A DNA stretch of 63,968 nucleotides, filler included, from Ministeria vibrans ATCC 50519 (Eukaryota; Protista; Filasterea): NCBI GenBank assembly GCA_943704425.1. It is 9 parts of 9 records of this genome, joined end to end, with 100 filler letters (N's around TTAATTAATTAA, not from the genome) between each part and the next. Parts side by side here need not be neighbours in the genome. Positions count along the whole stretch, not along the records: positions 36,014 to 43,276 come from CALSCP010001296.1; positions 43,377 to 46,383 come from CALSCP010002294.1; positions 46,484 to 48,567 come from CALSCP010001796.1; positions 48,668 to 52,037 come from CALSCP010001559.1; positions 52,138 to 54,553 come from CALSCP010001758.1; positions 54,654 to 62,194 come from CALSCP010002571.1; 3 more parts are not named here. One strand, written 5' to 3'. The position numbers and the translations under genes are program-made. This document shows, piece by piece, positions 42,055 through 54,890 of this stretch. Under the pieces are notes generated by a model. The model searched no databases. It was given only the letters and a program-made list of their open reading frames with translations, and had not been told where the DNA came from. The number at the start of each line of letters is the position of its first letter. Within the stretch, counting starts at the first letter, position 1.

Positions 42055-43187
42055 ATGGGCCGCCATCGACACCTAGCGTTCCTCTTGGCGGCCCTCACGT
42101 CCATTGGCTTCCTGTGGTTTGTCCTGCCGACGGGCCCGCCGCTGCTCTTGTCGGACGAGGCAGAGGCATCCTCAGACGAGACTCTGCGCTTCCCTCTCGC
42201 CCCCGACAACCTTCAGGTGCTCGTCTTGAGCCGCATCGGCAGTAGTGCTGCCGTCTTGGCTGATCTTGACGCCAGACTGCGCACTGCTGCTGGCGATGGG
42301 CGCATCCCAGAGGCCATCCAGCACATTCGTCAGCGCATCGACACACTCGAAAAGACCCACACCGACTCTGCCGCCTCCAAAATCAGCCTTCTTCTTGATC
42401 GGCCCGATCTGATGGACATTGTGGTGCCGCTCGTGCGTGCGCGAGCCAGCTTGGGCTTTCTCAACCGCTGGCGACCCTTTCTGCGCGGCTACCACTTCAT
42501 CTTTGTCTGCTCCGACACCGTCGCCTCCAACCTTGCTGTGCCTCGCTGGGTCGACTACGAGCTCCACACGCCCTCAGTGAGAAATAATACATACTATGAT
42601 GAACCGCCGAGATGTGTACTAACGACGTCGCTGCGTTGCGCCACACTCTGCAGCAAATTCACGAGACGCTGGGCAATGAGGCGTGGATCGTGAGCCAAGA
42701 CGACGAGGCGGTGCGCAGCTACGGCTTTCTCGTGTCGCGCAAACGATTCATCTACACCATTGACATCGACTGTGTGCCCCTCGACGACGGTTCCATCAAC
42801 CCACGCGCACTCCACCTCCGCAATCTCCTCACAAATAGCACCCCGGACTACTTTGTACATAATACCGCGCCCTACGCCGGTTTTGCTCGCGGCACACCCT
42901 TTTCAAGTCGTCCAGGCGTTCGCACAGTCATCTCACACGGAGTCGTTCACGGCGATCACGACGCAGCAACCCTCCTCGCCCTGCCTCTCTCCCCTCGTTC
43001 TCCTCCTCCTTACCCTCTCCCTCACTCACACACGGTCCCCTCTCGTACTCTCTACCCCATGTCCGCCACGAATCTTGCTTTCGACCGCCGTGCCGCCGCC
43101 CCCTTTCTTCTACAGGCGCTTATGGGCCACCAACAACCCGTCGCTCACTTTGGCGATCTTATCGCCGGCTGGTTCTCCAAAATATGG
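42055..43187 (+). CDS. Reversibly glycosylated polypeptide / UDP-arabinopyranose mutase-like (GT75) with N-terminal signal anchor; 3' truncated
   Basis: DIVVP, FLNRWRPFLRGYHFIFV, VPRWVDYELH, RSYGFLVSRKRFIYTIDIDC, FARGTPFSSRPG and NLAFDR are collinear with plant RGPs; in-frame intron 42577-42653. Confidence 0.85.
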
Positions 43188-43193
43188 TACCAT

Positions 43194-43276
<83 letters not shown>

Positions 43277-43376
43277 NNNNNNNNNNNNNNNNNNNNNNNN
43301 NNNNNNNNNNNNNNNNNNNNTTAATTAATTAANNNNNNNNNNNNNNNNNNNNNNNNNNNNNNNNNNNNNNNNNNNN

Positions 43377-43418
<42 letters not shown>

Positions 43419-43542
43419 AGTGATAGAGAGAGAGAGAGAGAAACAAAGTGATAGAGAGAAAGAAACAAAGTGATAGAGAGAAAGAAACAACATAATAAAC
43501 AATGTGAGTGTCCAAAAAGCAAAGGGAGACACAAAAGGGGTA

Positions 43543-44478
43543 CCAATGCAGGCGCGCGTGTCCTTTTCGGCATCGGCAGCGTCCTTTTCGTTGAACGTCG
43601 TGAGATATTTGACTGTATACAAGTGGGAGTCCCTCTCGTAGTTTGCATGCTTGCTAAAGACTTGACCAACAGTTTTGTACAGTTGTCGTCGCTGTTGCTC
43701 CGACACAGACCAGTTGGTGAAGAAGGAGTCGAGACGTGCGAGGGAGATCTTGAGCTGTGCAAAGTGGTCTAAGAAGAAAAGGCGTAAGAAAGAGCTGATG
43801 CACGACCTTTGGTAGTGCAAGCAGCTACCTGTTGCCCCCGACAGAACGACGGCGCGAAGGAAGACGTCAAAGCGGGCGGCCGACTTTTCATGGAGTCTGT
43901 TAAAGAGAGTCGACATGAGATGCAGGCGCACCAGCGGACGGTCGGTGGGCTTGGACCCAATCGCATCTGCGACCTGTGCGGCAAGTTTCTTTTGCGACGA
44001 CGTGTCCAACGGCGCAATCAGCTCCGTAAGCAGGTTAATGGCACCGACGGGGGCTGTGAGAAGGAGATAGACATAGAGATAGAGGAGAGTGAGTGGAAAT
44101 GATTCCGACATGCTCCAGTGTACCATCGCCAGGGCTTAAAAATAACAATTCAGAGTGAGCAGCAACAGCCTCAATGGCTTCAAGGGTCTGGCCGGCAGCC
44201 AGGAGACGCTACGACAAAGGAGAGAGAAGGGAGGCAAGAGAGAGAAAAAAAAAAGAAAAAGATGAGTCTATCGAAAAAAAAAAAAAAAAAGTACCTCGCA
44301 ATTGGCGACGAGGGAGCCAGCTGCCTTCTCATCGAGTTCAGCCAGGTGTTTTGCCAAAGACACAACCTAGGGAGGGGAGTGGGGGGCTTCAGCAAGGCTC
44401 TCTGGCACTTGCATGTGTCGAAGCACTGCGGACCTGTTCGCTGTGCTGCATTGCACTTGGGGATTGTTCGGGGGCCAT
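43543..44478 (-). CDS. EIF3M: Translation initiation factor eIF3 subunit M, 5' part
   Basis: VRLHLMSTLFN...RFDVF, WSVSEQQRRQLY and YLTTFNEKDAADAEKDTRACI align with eIF3m. Confidence 0.78.
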
Positions 44479-44830
44479 ACAAGCAACGACGGAGGGCACG
44501 ACGGATGACCAGAGCAGTGAAAGTATAAAACTATTGACAATTGTAGAATGTATTCAATGTCAAGTTGAAGTCACTAGAGGACTATGAGTTGACAAGTGGC
44601 TTTGGCACTTTGAAGTTTGAAGTCATTACATAATCTTGTGTCTATCACGTCACTTGTCTGGCCATCAACCAACCTATCTTTGCTTCCTTTCAATGCCCCT
44701 GTAGCTTAGAAAGTGGTCCTGAGCTGTTTGTGCTTTCGTTTTTCGTTTGATTGATAATGATTAGAAATGTCTTCTTCATTGATTTGATATTGAATATTCT
44801 TTTTGTCAATTCTCATTTCTGGAACTAATC

Positions 44831-45310
44831 ATGTCAAAGAGCACTGCTAGTAGCGAAGCGAATCCTGTCGAACAGGCAAAACCAGGTATGCACAATCACA
44901 ATAGTTGAGTAGTGTCTGACAGCGAAAAAAAAAACGCCTTTCCAGGTCTTGACGTGCTGGAGGAGGACGACGAGTTTGAAGAATTCCCTGCGGAAGGTAC
45001 CGGTGTGGGTGTGAGCTGAACAGACGTGCGCAAAGTGGCGTCGCTTTCTGTTTGTACTTTCGTTTCGTGTTTCTCGAAAGAGTGTTCGTGAATTTTCATG
45101 TTTGGTGCTTTTAGATTGGGATGCGGACCAGGAGGATGCCAGTGACGAGCAGCAGTGGCACGATGACTGGGATGACGATAACATTGAAGATGATTTCGCC
45201 AAGCAGTTGAGGTGAGTGGACTCTTTTTTATCGTTTTCGATGTTTTAAAATTCTTTGCCGACTTTTGTGTTAGGGCTGAGCTGGAGAAGTCACAAGCGAT
45301 GCAAGAATAA
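44831..45310 (+). CDS. SEM1: 26S proteasome subunit SEM1/DSS1 (four short exons, not in ORF track)
   Basis: LEEDDEFEEFPAE|DW...WHDDWDDDNIEDDFAKQL|RAELEK after splicing. Confidence 0.93.
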
Positions 45311-45409
45311 GGAAGGACGTGCAAATGTGCATGTGTGTATGATAGGCAGTAAATGGCAAGAGCGAGCGGTGCGATGGAGACAAACGAGAAGTGTTTTGGT
45401 TTTGATGTA

Positions 45410-46276
45410 TTATGCAAAGTTGACAGCAACTCCAAACTGAAACCCGGGCGCTGCGTCGTCGCCCGAGTCGTAGCAGATAGGCAGGCAATAGTTGATCTCC
45501 AGGCGGAACATGGAGAGCTACAAAAAAAAAGAAAAGGTGATGTTTTGGTTGGTGAAAGAGCGGGGCGTACACGAGCGGCAAGACCAATGCCAGCGGACAT
45601 GCGAACGGACGATAGGGAAGGGAGTGCGCCGTTGAGACGGTAGAGATCGCCGAGAGTAGCAAAGGCGTGTAACTTGACGAGGTGAGGAGGAGCCATGCCA
45701 TGGTCAGCAAAGTAAGGGATGGGGGCAAAGGCATGGGTGCCGAGGGTCCAGACTGCGTCGCCACCAAGGGAAGCGCCGTCGTGCCGTTGGCCGGCGCCCT
45801 TGTGGGTGAAGCCGCGCAGTGTCGCAGGCCCGCCCAGAAAGAAGCGGTCATTGAGCCGACTGGCACTGCGCCCTTCGAAAGGAAGAAGGAGGCCCGCCGA
45901 GGATGCGAGGACGAATGACTGGAAGAAAAACGAAAAGATGAGAGAATGAGCGAAGAAAAAGAGACGCATAGGACAGTACCCAATCTTTGAGGGAGTGCGG
46001 CAGAGCCGTTTGCCACTCGACTTCGGCCTTGGCAAAATGTGCATCGCCTGCAATGCATCCACCAGCAAGTTCCTACAACAGGAAGAGAGACAAAGAGAAA
46101 TAGAGAGAGACATACAGACAGAGACAGAGAAAAAGATAAAGGGAAGTGAGAAAGAGCAAAAAGGACGCATGGACAAGTGGACTCGCTTACAGCGGCAGTA
46201 CGGATGTAGTTGCCGGTGGTGGGGAACACAGGATCGTCACGTCGATCGCACACGTATGTGTGCGTGAGCGACGCCT
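45410..46276 (-). CDS. SAMM50: Mitochondrial SAM50 (Omp85 family), 3' part
   Basis: DRRDDPVFPTTG, DRFFLGGPATLRGF, LGGDAVW, RLEINYCLP...FQFGVAVNF. Confidence 0.9.
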
Positions 46277-46287
46277 ACACAGAGAAA

Positions 46288-46383
<96 letters not shown>

Positions 46384-46483
46384 NNNNNNNNNNNNNNNNN
46401 NNNNNNNNNNNNNNNNNNNNNNNNNNNTTAATTAATTAANNNNNNNNNNNNNNNNNNNNNNNNNNNNNNNNNNNNNNNNNNNN

Positions 46484-46519
<36 letters not shown>

Positions 46520-46575
46520 GACGATCAATTGGAAATTCTGACTGGAATCTTCAATATTCAAAAATTTCAACTAAA

Positions 46576-47242
46576 ATGTTTAAGAAACCGCACGAGGACG
46601 ATCCCAACAGCGGTTATTGGGATGCCGACTCAGAAAGCGACGATGATGACGACATGATGGCCTCCGAATCACGAGCGTGTACGAGTGCTCGACGTGACAC
46701 CGCTGGCGCCACTGTGGCCACGCCCGCCGACCTAGACGACATGTTCTCCGAGGCTGGAGTCTCCGAAAGACTCCAGGGTGCCGTAGTACTGGACGAGGCT
46801 GGCCAGCAAACGTCGCTTCAACGCGTCTTCACGAGCGAACTCGATGCGCGCGTCTCTGCACGCGTCTCGCGTCTTCTCGAAGGCCCTTCGCCGGCCCTGT
46901 CGGCCGCAGCTGCAGCCACTCGTCGAGCCCTGGCAGCTGAGGCCGCGGGTCCTTCGGCTGCAACAGCCTCGGCGGGACCCAAGCGTTTTTACGACGACCA
47001 GTATTTTGACAGTGACGAAGACGACGAACAACTCGAAGGGGAGGGTGCTGGGCAAGAAGACGCAGCGTCGTCTGCTTCTCAACAAAAGACGAAGAGCAAG
47101 AGGGCAAAGAAAGACATCAACCGGGTGATGATGAGCAATGACGAACTGCACTACGACGAACACGCCGATCAGGACGACGAGCGTTGGGTAGAGAACCACC
47201 GACGCGTCCACATTGGTCTCCCACCCGTACTCTCTCCGCAAG

Positions 47243-47277
<35 letters not shown>

Positions 47278-47646
47278 AAGGTCGCCGCAGCACCACACTC
47301 AGACGCGCTCCTCTCCTGTCCCTTCTGCCTGATCAACGTCTGCGTCGATTGCCAGCGCCACGAACTCTACCGCACCCAATACCGCGCCATGTTCGTCTCC
47401 AATTGCACTCCAGTGCTCACTGAGACGCTCCGATACGACGCAGCTGCTGCTGCAGCAGACTCTAACACAGCGACACGCTCAGACACAAGCAAGAGGAGCA
47501 AGACCAAGAACAAGTCCAACAAAGTCCCTTCTGCGTCTCAGGAACTGTTCCATCCTGTTCGTTGCGACAACTGCTCCACTGAAATAGCCGTCCTTGACTC
47601 CGACGAAATATACCATTTCTTCAATGTGCTCGCGTCACACTCGTGA
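46576..47646 (+). CDS. EAPP: E2F-associated phosphoprotein
   Basis: SNDELHYD...DDERWV, SDALLSCPFC...CVDCQRHELYRTQYRAMFV, HPVRCDNCSTEIAVLDSDEIYHFFNVL. Confidence 0.92.
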
Positions 47647-47712
47647 ACGAACCACAATACCATTGCAATGTTGTAAAATGATACATACAGATCGACTGTG
47701 TAACAATTAGAA

Positions 47713-48253
47713 TTATTGTGGTCTCAGTTGATTGAGCTCAGCAACGCCACTTTGGAGCAATTCAAAGTTACGATGAAGCTGCAAAACCTCGGCGGCATGG
47801 CGGGTCTTGATGTCCTGCAGTTCGCGCAGCAGTTGCGTGTTGCTGGCGATAAGGGCACTAAAATGTGTGTGAGTGTGTATACTTTTTTGTTCTGTCTCTT
47901 TCAGTCTCTTCTTACTTGTGCGTTTCTTGAAGCAGTCGTGTAAGCTCCTCGACTGTCCCCACTCGCACATTTGCTCCCTCCAAATCCCCTCTGAGTCTGT
48001 CACTTTCGCTTCGCAATCGCTCATTTTCGTCTCTGAGTCGCTCAATCTCTGCGGTCAGTCTCATCCTCTCTTCTCGTTCGTCGCGTAGCTCTCTCTCCAG
48101 TGCTCTTCGTCTCTCGTCCTCTTCGCGACGTTCGTCGTTTCTCTCCCGTTCAATCTCACCCAGTCGCTCGCTCATTTCGCGCACCGTCCCTTTCAATTGC
48201 TCTTCCAATTCACTTGTGCGCTCTGTCTTTTCTTCTTCTTTCTCCACCCTCAC
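47713..48253 (-). CDS. Glu/Arg-rich coiled-coil protein, 3' fragment
   Basis: Heptad-like E/R-rich ORF with a GT-AG intron (about 47913-47859) leading to a last exon ending LNQLRPQ. Confidence 0.5.
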
Positions 48254-48567
48254 CTCATTACGTCGAGAGCTCTACATACAATTCAGTACAATCCCCTTCA
48301 ACAAAAAGAAAAGCAAAGCAAAATTCTCTCTAACCTGAGTGGGATCAAACAACGACTGATCCGCAAGCAATGCAAAGAGATCGTCGTCGGCCGTCGCACT
48401 GCGCTCCTCCTGCCCCCGGTGTGCCCTACCTCGGCTTTTTCTTGGCGACGACTCTCTGCAGCAACAATCGTTTTGCGTTAGTGTGTGCTGTTTGATTGAG
48501 ATTTTCTTTTTGATGAAGGGGATTGTACTGAATTGTATGTAGAGCTCTCGACGTAATGAGGTGAGGG
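48247..48567. repeat. Inverted repeat of about 60 bp at contig end (48247-48310 vs 48503-48567)
   Basis: ccctcacctcattacgtcgagagctctacatacaattcagtacaatccccttca and its reverse complement. Confidence 0.9.
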
Positions 48568-48743
48568 NNNNNNNNNNNNNNNNNNNNNNNNNNNNNNNNN
48601 NNNNNNNNNNNTTAATTAATTAANNNNNNNNNNNNNNNNNNNNNNNNNNNNNNNNNNNNNNNNNNNNGCGTGGAAGGAGTGAAGGACGGTAAAGCGTCGA
48701 CTACCCTTGTAATTGGATATAATTATATTGTTGTTAATTTTAG

Positions 48744-49024
48744 TGTCGACTGTGCTGGCTGAGCGTACAGTGTTGTGGCAGTCGTTCCGTGCGCCCTCCA
48801 GCCCCTTTATCATGAATGCGACAGTGCGATATCCGGCGGGCCAGGCGGTGGTCGTGGTGCCCTCCTTCTGGCACACCATCAAGGTGGCGTATGTGCAGTA
48901 CGTGACCATCCTGTGGCTGTTCATTGTCCTCTTTGCTCGTCTCCGTCGCTTTCTCTTTGCCAATCAGCTCCTCACCACTGTTCACACGGAGCCGCGCGCA
49001 CGCTCCCTCCGCAAGATGAAGTAA
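48744..49024 (+). CDS. TMEM231: Ciliary transition-zone protein TMEM231, last exon
   Basis: PFIMNATVRYP...PSFWHTIKVAYVQYVTILWLF...FLFANQLLTT. Confidence 0.85.
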
Positions 49025-49241
49025 CGCTGCTTGGTGCCGCTCTTTTCAAATGTAACCGTCTCAATGAATCTCGTGAATATTGGCTGCTTTGGCTGATTGC
49101 ATGGGTGTTGTTGGTTCGCGATGGGCACTCAACGAATCTTGGCACACAAAGACAGTCAATCGTGGAGCATACACACATATTCTGCATTTGTCCTGGCGAC
49201 TGTTTCGTTTGGTTGCTATTATTATTATTGTATTGGTATCA

Positions 49242-50161
49242 TTACACTTTCTGGAAGGCAGCGACGTCGACGCTCTGGACGTAGTCCTCAAACTTGGTGA
49301 TCTCCTCCTCGAGGAAGTCCGTGCCGACCTTGTCGTCCTCGACGACCGCAGCAATGACGAGCTTCTTGATGCCGTATCCGACTAGGTAGAGAGAGAAGTG
49401 GCTCTTAGTCAGATCTTCAACGTTTCGCCTCTTTGCTTACTCTCCTTGAGCTTGGCAACACCCCAGAGGAGGCCGTCACGCTCGATGGTGCGCACCAGGC
49501 GCTCCATCTCGACCAGGTCGGTGTCATCACCCCAAGGCTTCACATCGAGGATAATGTTGGACTTGGCAATGAGAGTGGGCTTGGCGGCCTTCTTGGCCTT
49601 GTACGCCGCAATGCGCTCCTCCTTGACCTTCTCGGCCTCGGCCGCGGCCTCCTCGTCGTCGTCGCCAAACAGGTCGAAGTCGTCCTCGGCGTCGGCAGCG
49701 GCAGCAGCGGCGGGCGTGGCAGCGGGGGCCGCAGCAGTCGCAGCGGCGCTCAGGTCCGCAAGGGACTTCTTGGCGCCCGACAGGCTACGCAGGGTGCATG
49801 AGGATGGCATGAATGGTGCACTCGGCACACGCGTGCACCCATAGGTGCCTCGTCCGGTACTGCACGTGTAAACTTGAAAAAAAAAAAAAAAATACCTTGA
49901 AGCGTCCTTGGAGGCGATGTGGCGGAACCAACGAGCAGCATGGACATACTTGGCAGCGTCCGGAGCGCTTCCGATCGCGGCGAAGACAACAGCGTCATCA
50001 GCAGTGGCAGTGTAGCTATTTTACATTATTAGTATCATAAGTATTATTATTATTTGGATGGGATGAACGCTATTCTCATAAATCGGCCTTGTGTCCTACC
50101 CAGTGATGTAGCTGCGCGTGGCAAGGTATGTGTTGAGGGTAGCAACGTCGCCGAGAGACAT
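49242..50161 (-). CDS. EEF1B: Translation elongation factor 1-beta
   Basis: [53 protein letters not shown]. Confidence 0.96.
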
Positions 50162-50238
50162 GGTGATGAGATTTATGCAAAAAAGAAAGAACGAAAACAG
50201 ATCAATTGATTTGGAATTACTTTTTCGCCAATTTTTTC

Positions 50239-50823
50239 ATGATTCGCCTCTTTTCTCAACGCTTTTTGCAACAACAGGCATTGCCATCTAGGGGCATCAG
50301 ACTTGTTTCCGCCACTTCAAGGTCTGCCCGTTGATTTTGACTTGCACTCGTCACACAGTGCGCTGTCGTCCTCTAGGCTGCATGCCACTCTTCTGAACGA
50401 CCCAAACGTCTACGAGGAGCTCTCGTCGTACACCCTCGAAGCGTTGAGTGATTATTTCGACCGGCTAGGCGATGAAATTGACTTGGACGACTATGATTCG
50501 GAAATGGCCGTAAGCACAGCCGCCGCTCGATCGACCCATCGCTCACACCCCCCTCCATCGACTCATTGCTCACACCTCCCCTCCATTCGCCATTCGTCCA
50601 TTCTCTCTGTTTCACTTTCTCTCTCTCTCCTTATCACTTTGTTTCTCTCTCTTGGTTATTCTCTCTCTCTTTGTCACTCTGTTTCTACTTTATTACTCTC
50701 TCACTCTCTTTGTCATTCTCTTTGTATCACTTTTGTTTTCTTCTCCTCTCTCATACCTTTCTCTGTCTCTTTATCACTTTGTCTCTTTCTCCCTCCTCTC
50801 TCTCTCTCTCTCTATCACTTTGT

Positions 50824-50919
<96 letters not shown>

Positions 50920-51265
50920 GCTTTTGTTGTTCTCTCTTTTCCATACCGTCCTTCAGGCGGGCGTCCTCACTGTGTCCCTTGGTTCCAAGGGTACCTTTGT
51001 CATCAACAAACAGTCGCCCAACCGACAAATATGGCTCTCGTCGCCCCTCAGGTATGGTGCAGTACGAAAGGGCTATCTCACTCCTCGAATCCCATTCTGC
51101 AGCGGCCCAAAGCGCTACGATTTCGACGTGGACCAACAACGGTGGGTCTATACTCATGACAACATTCCCCTCGACGAGCGCCTCGCCACAGAGCTGAGCC
51201 AACTGCTCAAACGAGACATTGCACTCCCTCCCTTTGTGTCCAAGTCAAACAAATCTTTACGCTAA
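50239..51265 (+). CDS. FXN: Frataxin, mitochondrial precursor, multi-exon
   Basis: Arg-rich presequence; [29 protein letters not shown]; SGPKRYD. Confidence 0.93.
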
Positions 51266-51588
51266 TCAATAGCGTCTAATCAATAACACAATTGTAAGAA
51301 AAAAAAATCTGTCATGTCAAAAATTATTATAATAATAAAAGTAATAACAATTTTATTTACTCTATTATACTGTATACAGTTAACAGTATACACGAGTCAC
51401 GATACTATTGTACTCTAATAAAAATATTATTTAAAAAAACTGTGTGTGTGTGTGTTGGTGAATATCTTTTGATCTTTTTCACTTTTCCATATAACGTATT
51501 CCGTAATTACTAATTATTATTAATTTAATTTTAGATTATTATTATTACTGACGCGTGGATTTGATTCGCCACACATTGCGTGCCAAGC

Positions 51589-51975
51589 ATGTCTGAAGGA
51601 TCGGCGCCGTCGACGCCCCAGACTGCAGCGCCCGCTCAGTCGCAAACTCCCGACCATGACATCTTTTCCGCGTGTCAGAGAGGCCTCGACGCGCGCGTTC
51701 GTTACCTGGTACGCACGCAACTGTCCCCCGGCCAACCGTGAGCGCCCTCGCACGCTCGAATTGTGGCGTGTCACATCGTTGCACTTTCCTTTTTCACAAA
51801 ACCCCCCCTGAACAGCCCATTCGCCCTTCACCCCTTCCCTCAACGCCACCCCGGCCTCCCGCCTTGCCTCTCCTTTTCAGGTGGAACAAGAGGGCGTTGA
51901 TGTCCGCGTTCCCCAGAGCGACTCTGTCACCGCTTTGCATTGGGCTGCGATCAACAACCGAACGGAGCTGTGCAG
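51589..51975 (+). CDS. Ankyrin-repeat palmitoyltransferase ZDHHC17/Akr1-like, first two exons
   Basis: DIFSACQRG...VRYL|VEQEGVDV...VTALHWAAINNR. The DHHC domain is not within the contig. Confidence 0.7.
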
Positions 51976-52137
51976 GTCAGCTTCTTCGTGTCTCTCTCTC
52001 TCGCTCGCACTCACACCCTCACCTCCCCTCCCCCCCCNNNNNNNNNNNNNNNNNNNNNNNNNNNNNNNNNNNNNNNNNNNNTTAATTAATTAANNNNNNN
52101 NNNNNNNNNNNNNNNNNNNNNNNNNNNNNNNNNNNNN

Positions 52138-52495
52138 CCGCCCTAAAGCCGACCCGCCCCGCCTGTGTACCACGGGAGCGCCCCGCAGCCACCTGGACTT
52201 GCCGCCGCCGACCACCGATCCGATTGCCTCAACCACGACTTCGACTTTACACTTCTTGCCGACAGACACCTTCATGGTGTCAGAGCCCTAAGCCTCCTCT
52301 GGGGGTATGGCGTACCATTGCGATTGCCTCACTGGATAGCGTCGACACAGCACTATGACCTGCCACTGTTCTCCCATGTTACCTCTAGAGTTTCGGTCGA
52401 GTTTGCAAGGCGGTCTGGCTGTCTTCGCGTGGTAACTGTATCATTAATAAATGGGTTGTATTCTTCTTCTTTTATTATTATTATTATTGTTATTA
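52138..52495 (+). mobile_element. Dispersed repeat of about 330 bp, copy 2, with (TTA)n tail
   Basis: Near-identical to the reverse complement of 5217-5552. Confidence 0.6.
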
Positions 52496-52575
52496 TTAGT
52501 ATCTTCAATGACATTGAAAAATAAGAAAAATAACTTGATAAAAATTTTATAAAGTCATACGTTTAATCAATTACA

Positions 52576-54116
52576 TCAGTCCCCATTGAGAAGAAACTGT
52601 AAGTACCCATGCATTGTATTAGGGTCACCACGCTGGTTGGCGGACAGACCACAGGCGGGACAGTCATTCAAGTGGGTGGTCAGCGTGATGGCACGTGACA
52701 GGGCCTCGGTGGCATGCCACCACAGACCCGGCAAGAGGAGGCAGTCGCCCTCTTCCACAAGCACCTTGTGTACCACTGCCTGATTCGGACTTGTCGAGTC
52801 ATGTTCCGCAAAGGGATTGTACCAGCTGCGCGTGAGGTCCCGGCCATGTTCCAACGTTTTAATTGCCAGCGCTCCTGTGTTAAACTCCGATGCCACATAC
52901 CTGATGAATAATAATAATATGATCAACTCCACCACATCCTAATCCCCATCAACACCAAACGAAAATATGTATTGTCGCTTTCAAAAAGACCCCAATATAA
53001 CAATAATAAATTATTAGAAGAAAAACAATACAACCCATTCTATTAGATAAAAAAGACGTACTAATAATAAAATAATAATAATAATAAAATTACATACACA
53101 CACCAAAAACTTTGCTTAATCAACGCAAAAGGCAGGGCATATAAGCTGGCAGTATTTGAGATTGTGTTTCGCAGATTGTCTGTCTCTGAACGCGCACAAC
53201 ATCAAAAAGGTCTCCCACGACCATACCCTTACCACACTTTAGAGCCTGCGACTTGACAAGTGATCAGTGGCTGAGGTCCGTCGACGTGCATGGGCCAGTG
53301 GCGCGAGCCTTCGACGCCCATGTGAAGCGCAATATCGTCCAGGTGGACCTCGGGGCTGCCCAGCCACTGCTTGAGGGCGGCGCGTACGGCTGTGTCCGCG
53401 TGCAGTGTTGTCGGGAGAGGCACGCTGTCCTGCTTGTACTGCTTTTTCTTCTCGAGAGGCAACCGCAAGTACGACGGGAAGGGCATGCTGATGGTTTTGA
53501 AGTCTTCTCGATTCGACGACAACCGCGAGGTGTCGTCCATGACAAAAAACTCAGCGATGACTCCTTTAAGATGAATAGCAAGATAATCATCTGTCCACTT
53601 TTTGGTGCAGGGCCACGGCGTCGTTGCGCCACGAATCATCGTTGGTAGTGCATGGATAAGACGGTGTTGCAGGAGGTGGGAATGCTCAAGCGAGAGTAAC
53701 CCGCGCTCGTTGACCTGGACGACCGCAGGCGTTTCGATGAGTCGCATTGCGTTGCGCGACTTGCTGTACATTGCGAAGAGAGCCGAGTGCATCTGCAGAG
53801 CAAGGCGCACGTGCGCGTCTGTTCGCTCCTGGTTGGGCCGTTCCATTGCCGTCTCGGGCGGGTCGGTCTTCAAGTGGGAAAAGTGGCAGCGGGCGCAGTA
53901 GGGGTCGGCGAGCAGAGCAGAATCGCCGTTGCGGTTTGCGTCTGCACTGTCTTGCGGAGCGACGCCGGGAGAGACCGCGACAGTGCTCGTGGCAGGGCTG
54001 CATGCTGCTGGGCGCGCTGTCTTGCCTCCCGCCAGGAGTGCGTGCTCAACGGTCAGTACAAAGACGACGGCAACAGAGAAGACCGCTGCGCGTTCAAACC
54101 ATTTGTTTTGAGACAT
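52576..54116 (-). CDS. JmjC/cupin-like 2-oxoglutarate oxygenase with N-terminal signal or anchor (two exons)
   Basis: WPCTKKWTDDYL, PMHVDG (HxD), CQVAGSKVW, EEGDCLLLPGLWWHAT; phase-compatible intron about 53233-52902. Confidence 0.8.
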
Positions 54117-54452
54117 GAATAAGAGTAAGAAGAACTTGGCTGTTGTGATTAATTGTAAACATAGTGTGCGTCTCTCTTCGAATTCTTCAAATGCTTTGTA
54201 GGATCACTGTGAGAACGTATCTTGTGGGGTTCACGCACTTCATCTTCGGCACAAACATTACTCTTCATTGTATTATTGAAGAATGAGAAGAGCCAATGTT
54301 AATACTTGAATAAATAAATTAATAATAATAATAAAATGCGACTGATCAAAAAAAACCCCCGATTATTCTGTTATGGCTCGATATCGAGTGGTTATCTGGG
54401 CCTGATAGCCCGTTTTTTATAATAATAATAATAATAATATAAAAATAATAAC

Positions 54453-54552
<100 letters not shown>

Positions 54553-54653
54553 TNNNNNNNNNNNNNNNNNNNNNNNNNNNNNNNNNNNNNNNNNNNNTTA
54601 ATTAATTAANNNNNNNNNNNNNNNNNNNNNNNNNNNNNNNNNNNNNNNNNNNN

Positions 54654-54745
<92 letters not shown>

Positions 54746-54746
54746 T

Positions 54747-54831
<85 letters not shown>

Positions 54832-54890
54832 TTCTCTGTCTTGCGTCCTTTCCTGATTAATTTTATTACTTCTTTTTTGGTGTTTTGTAG

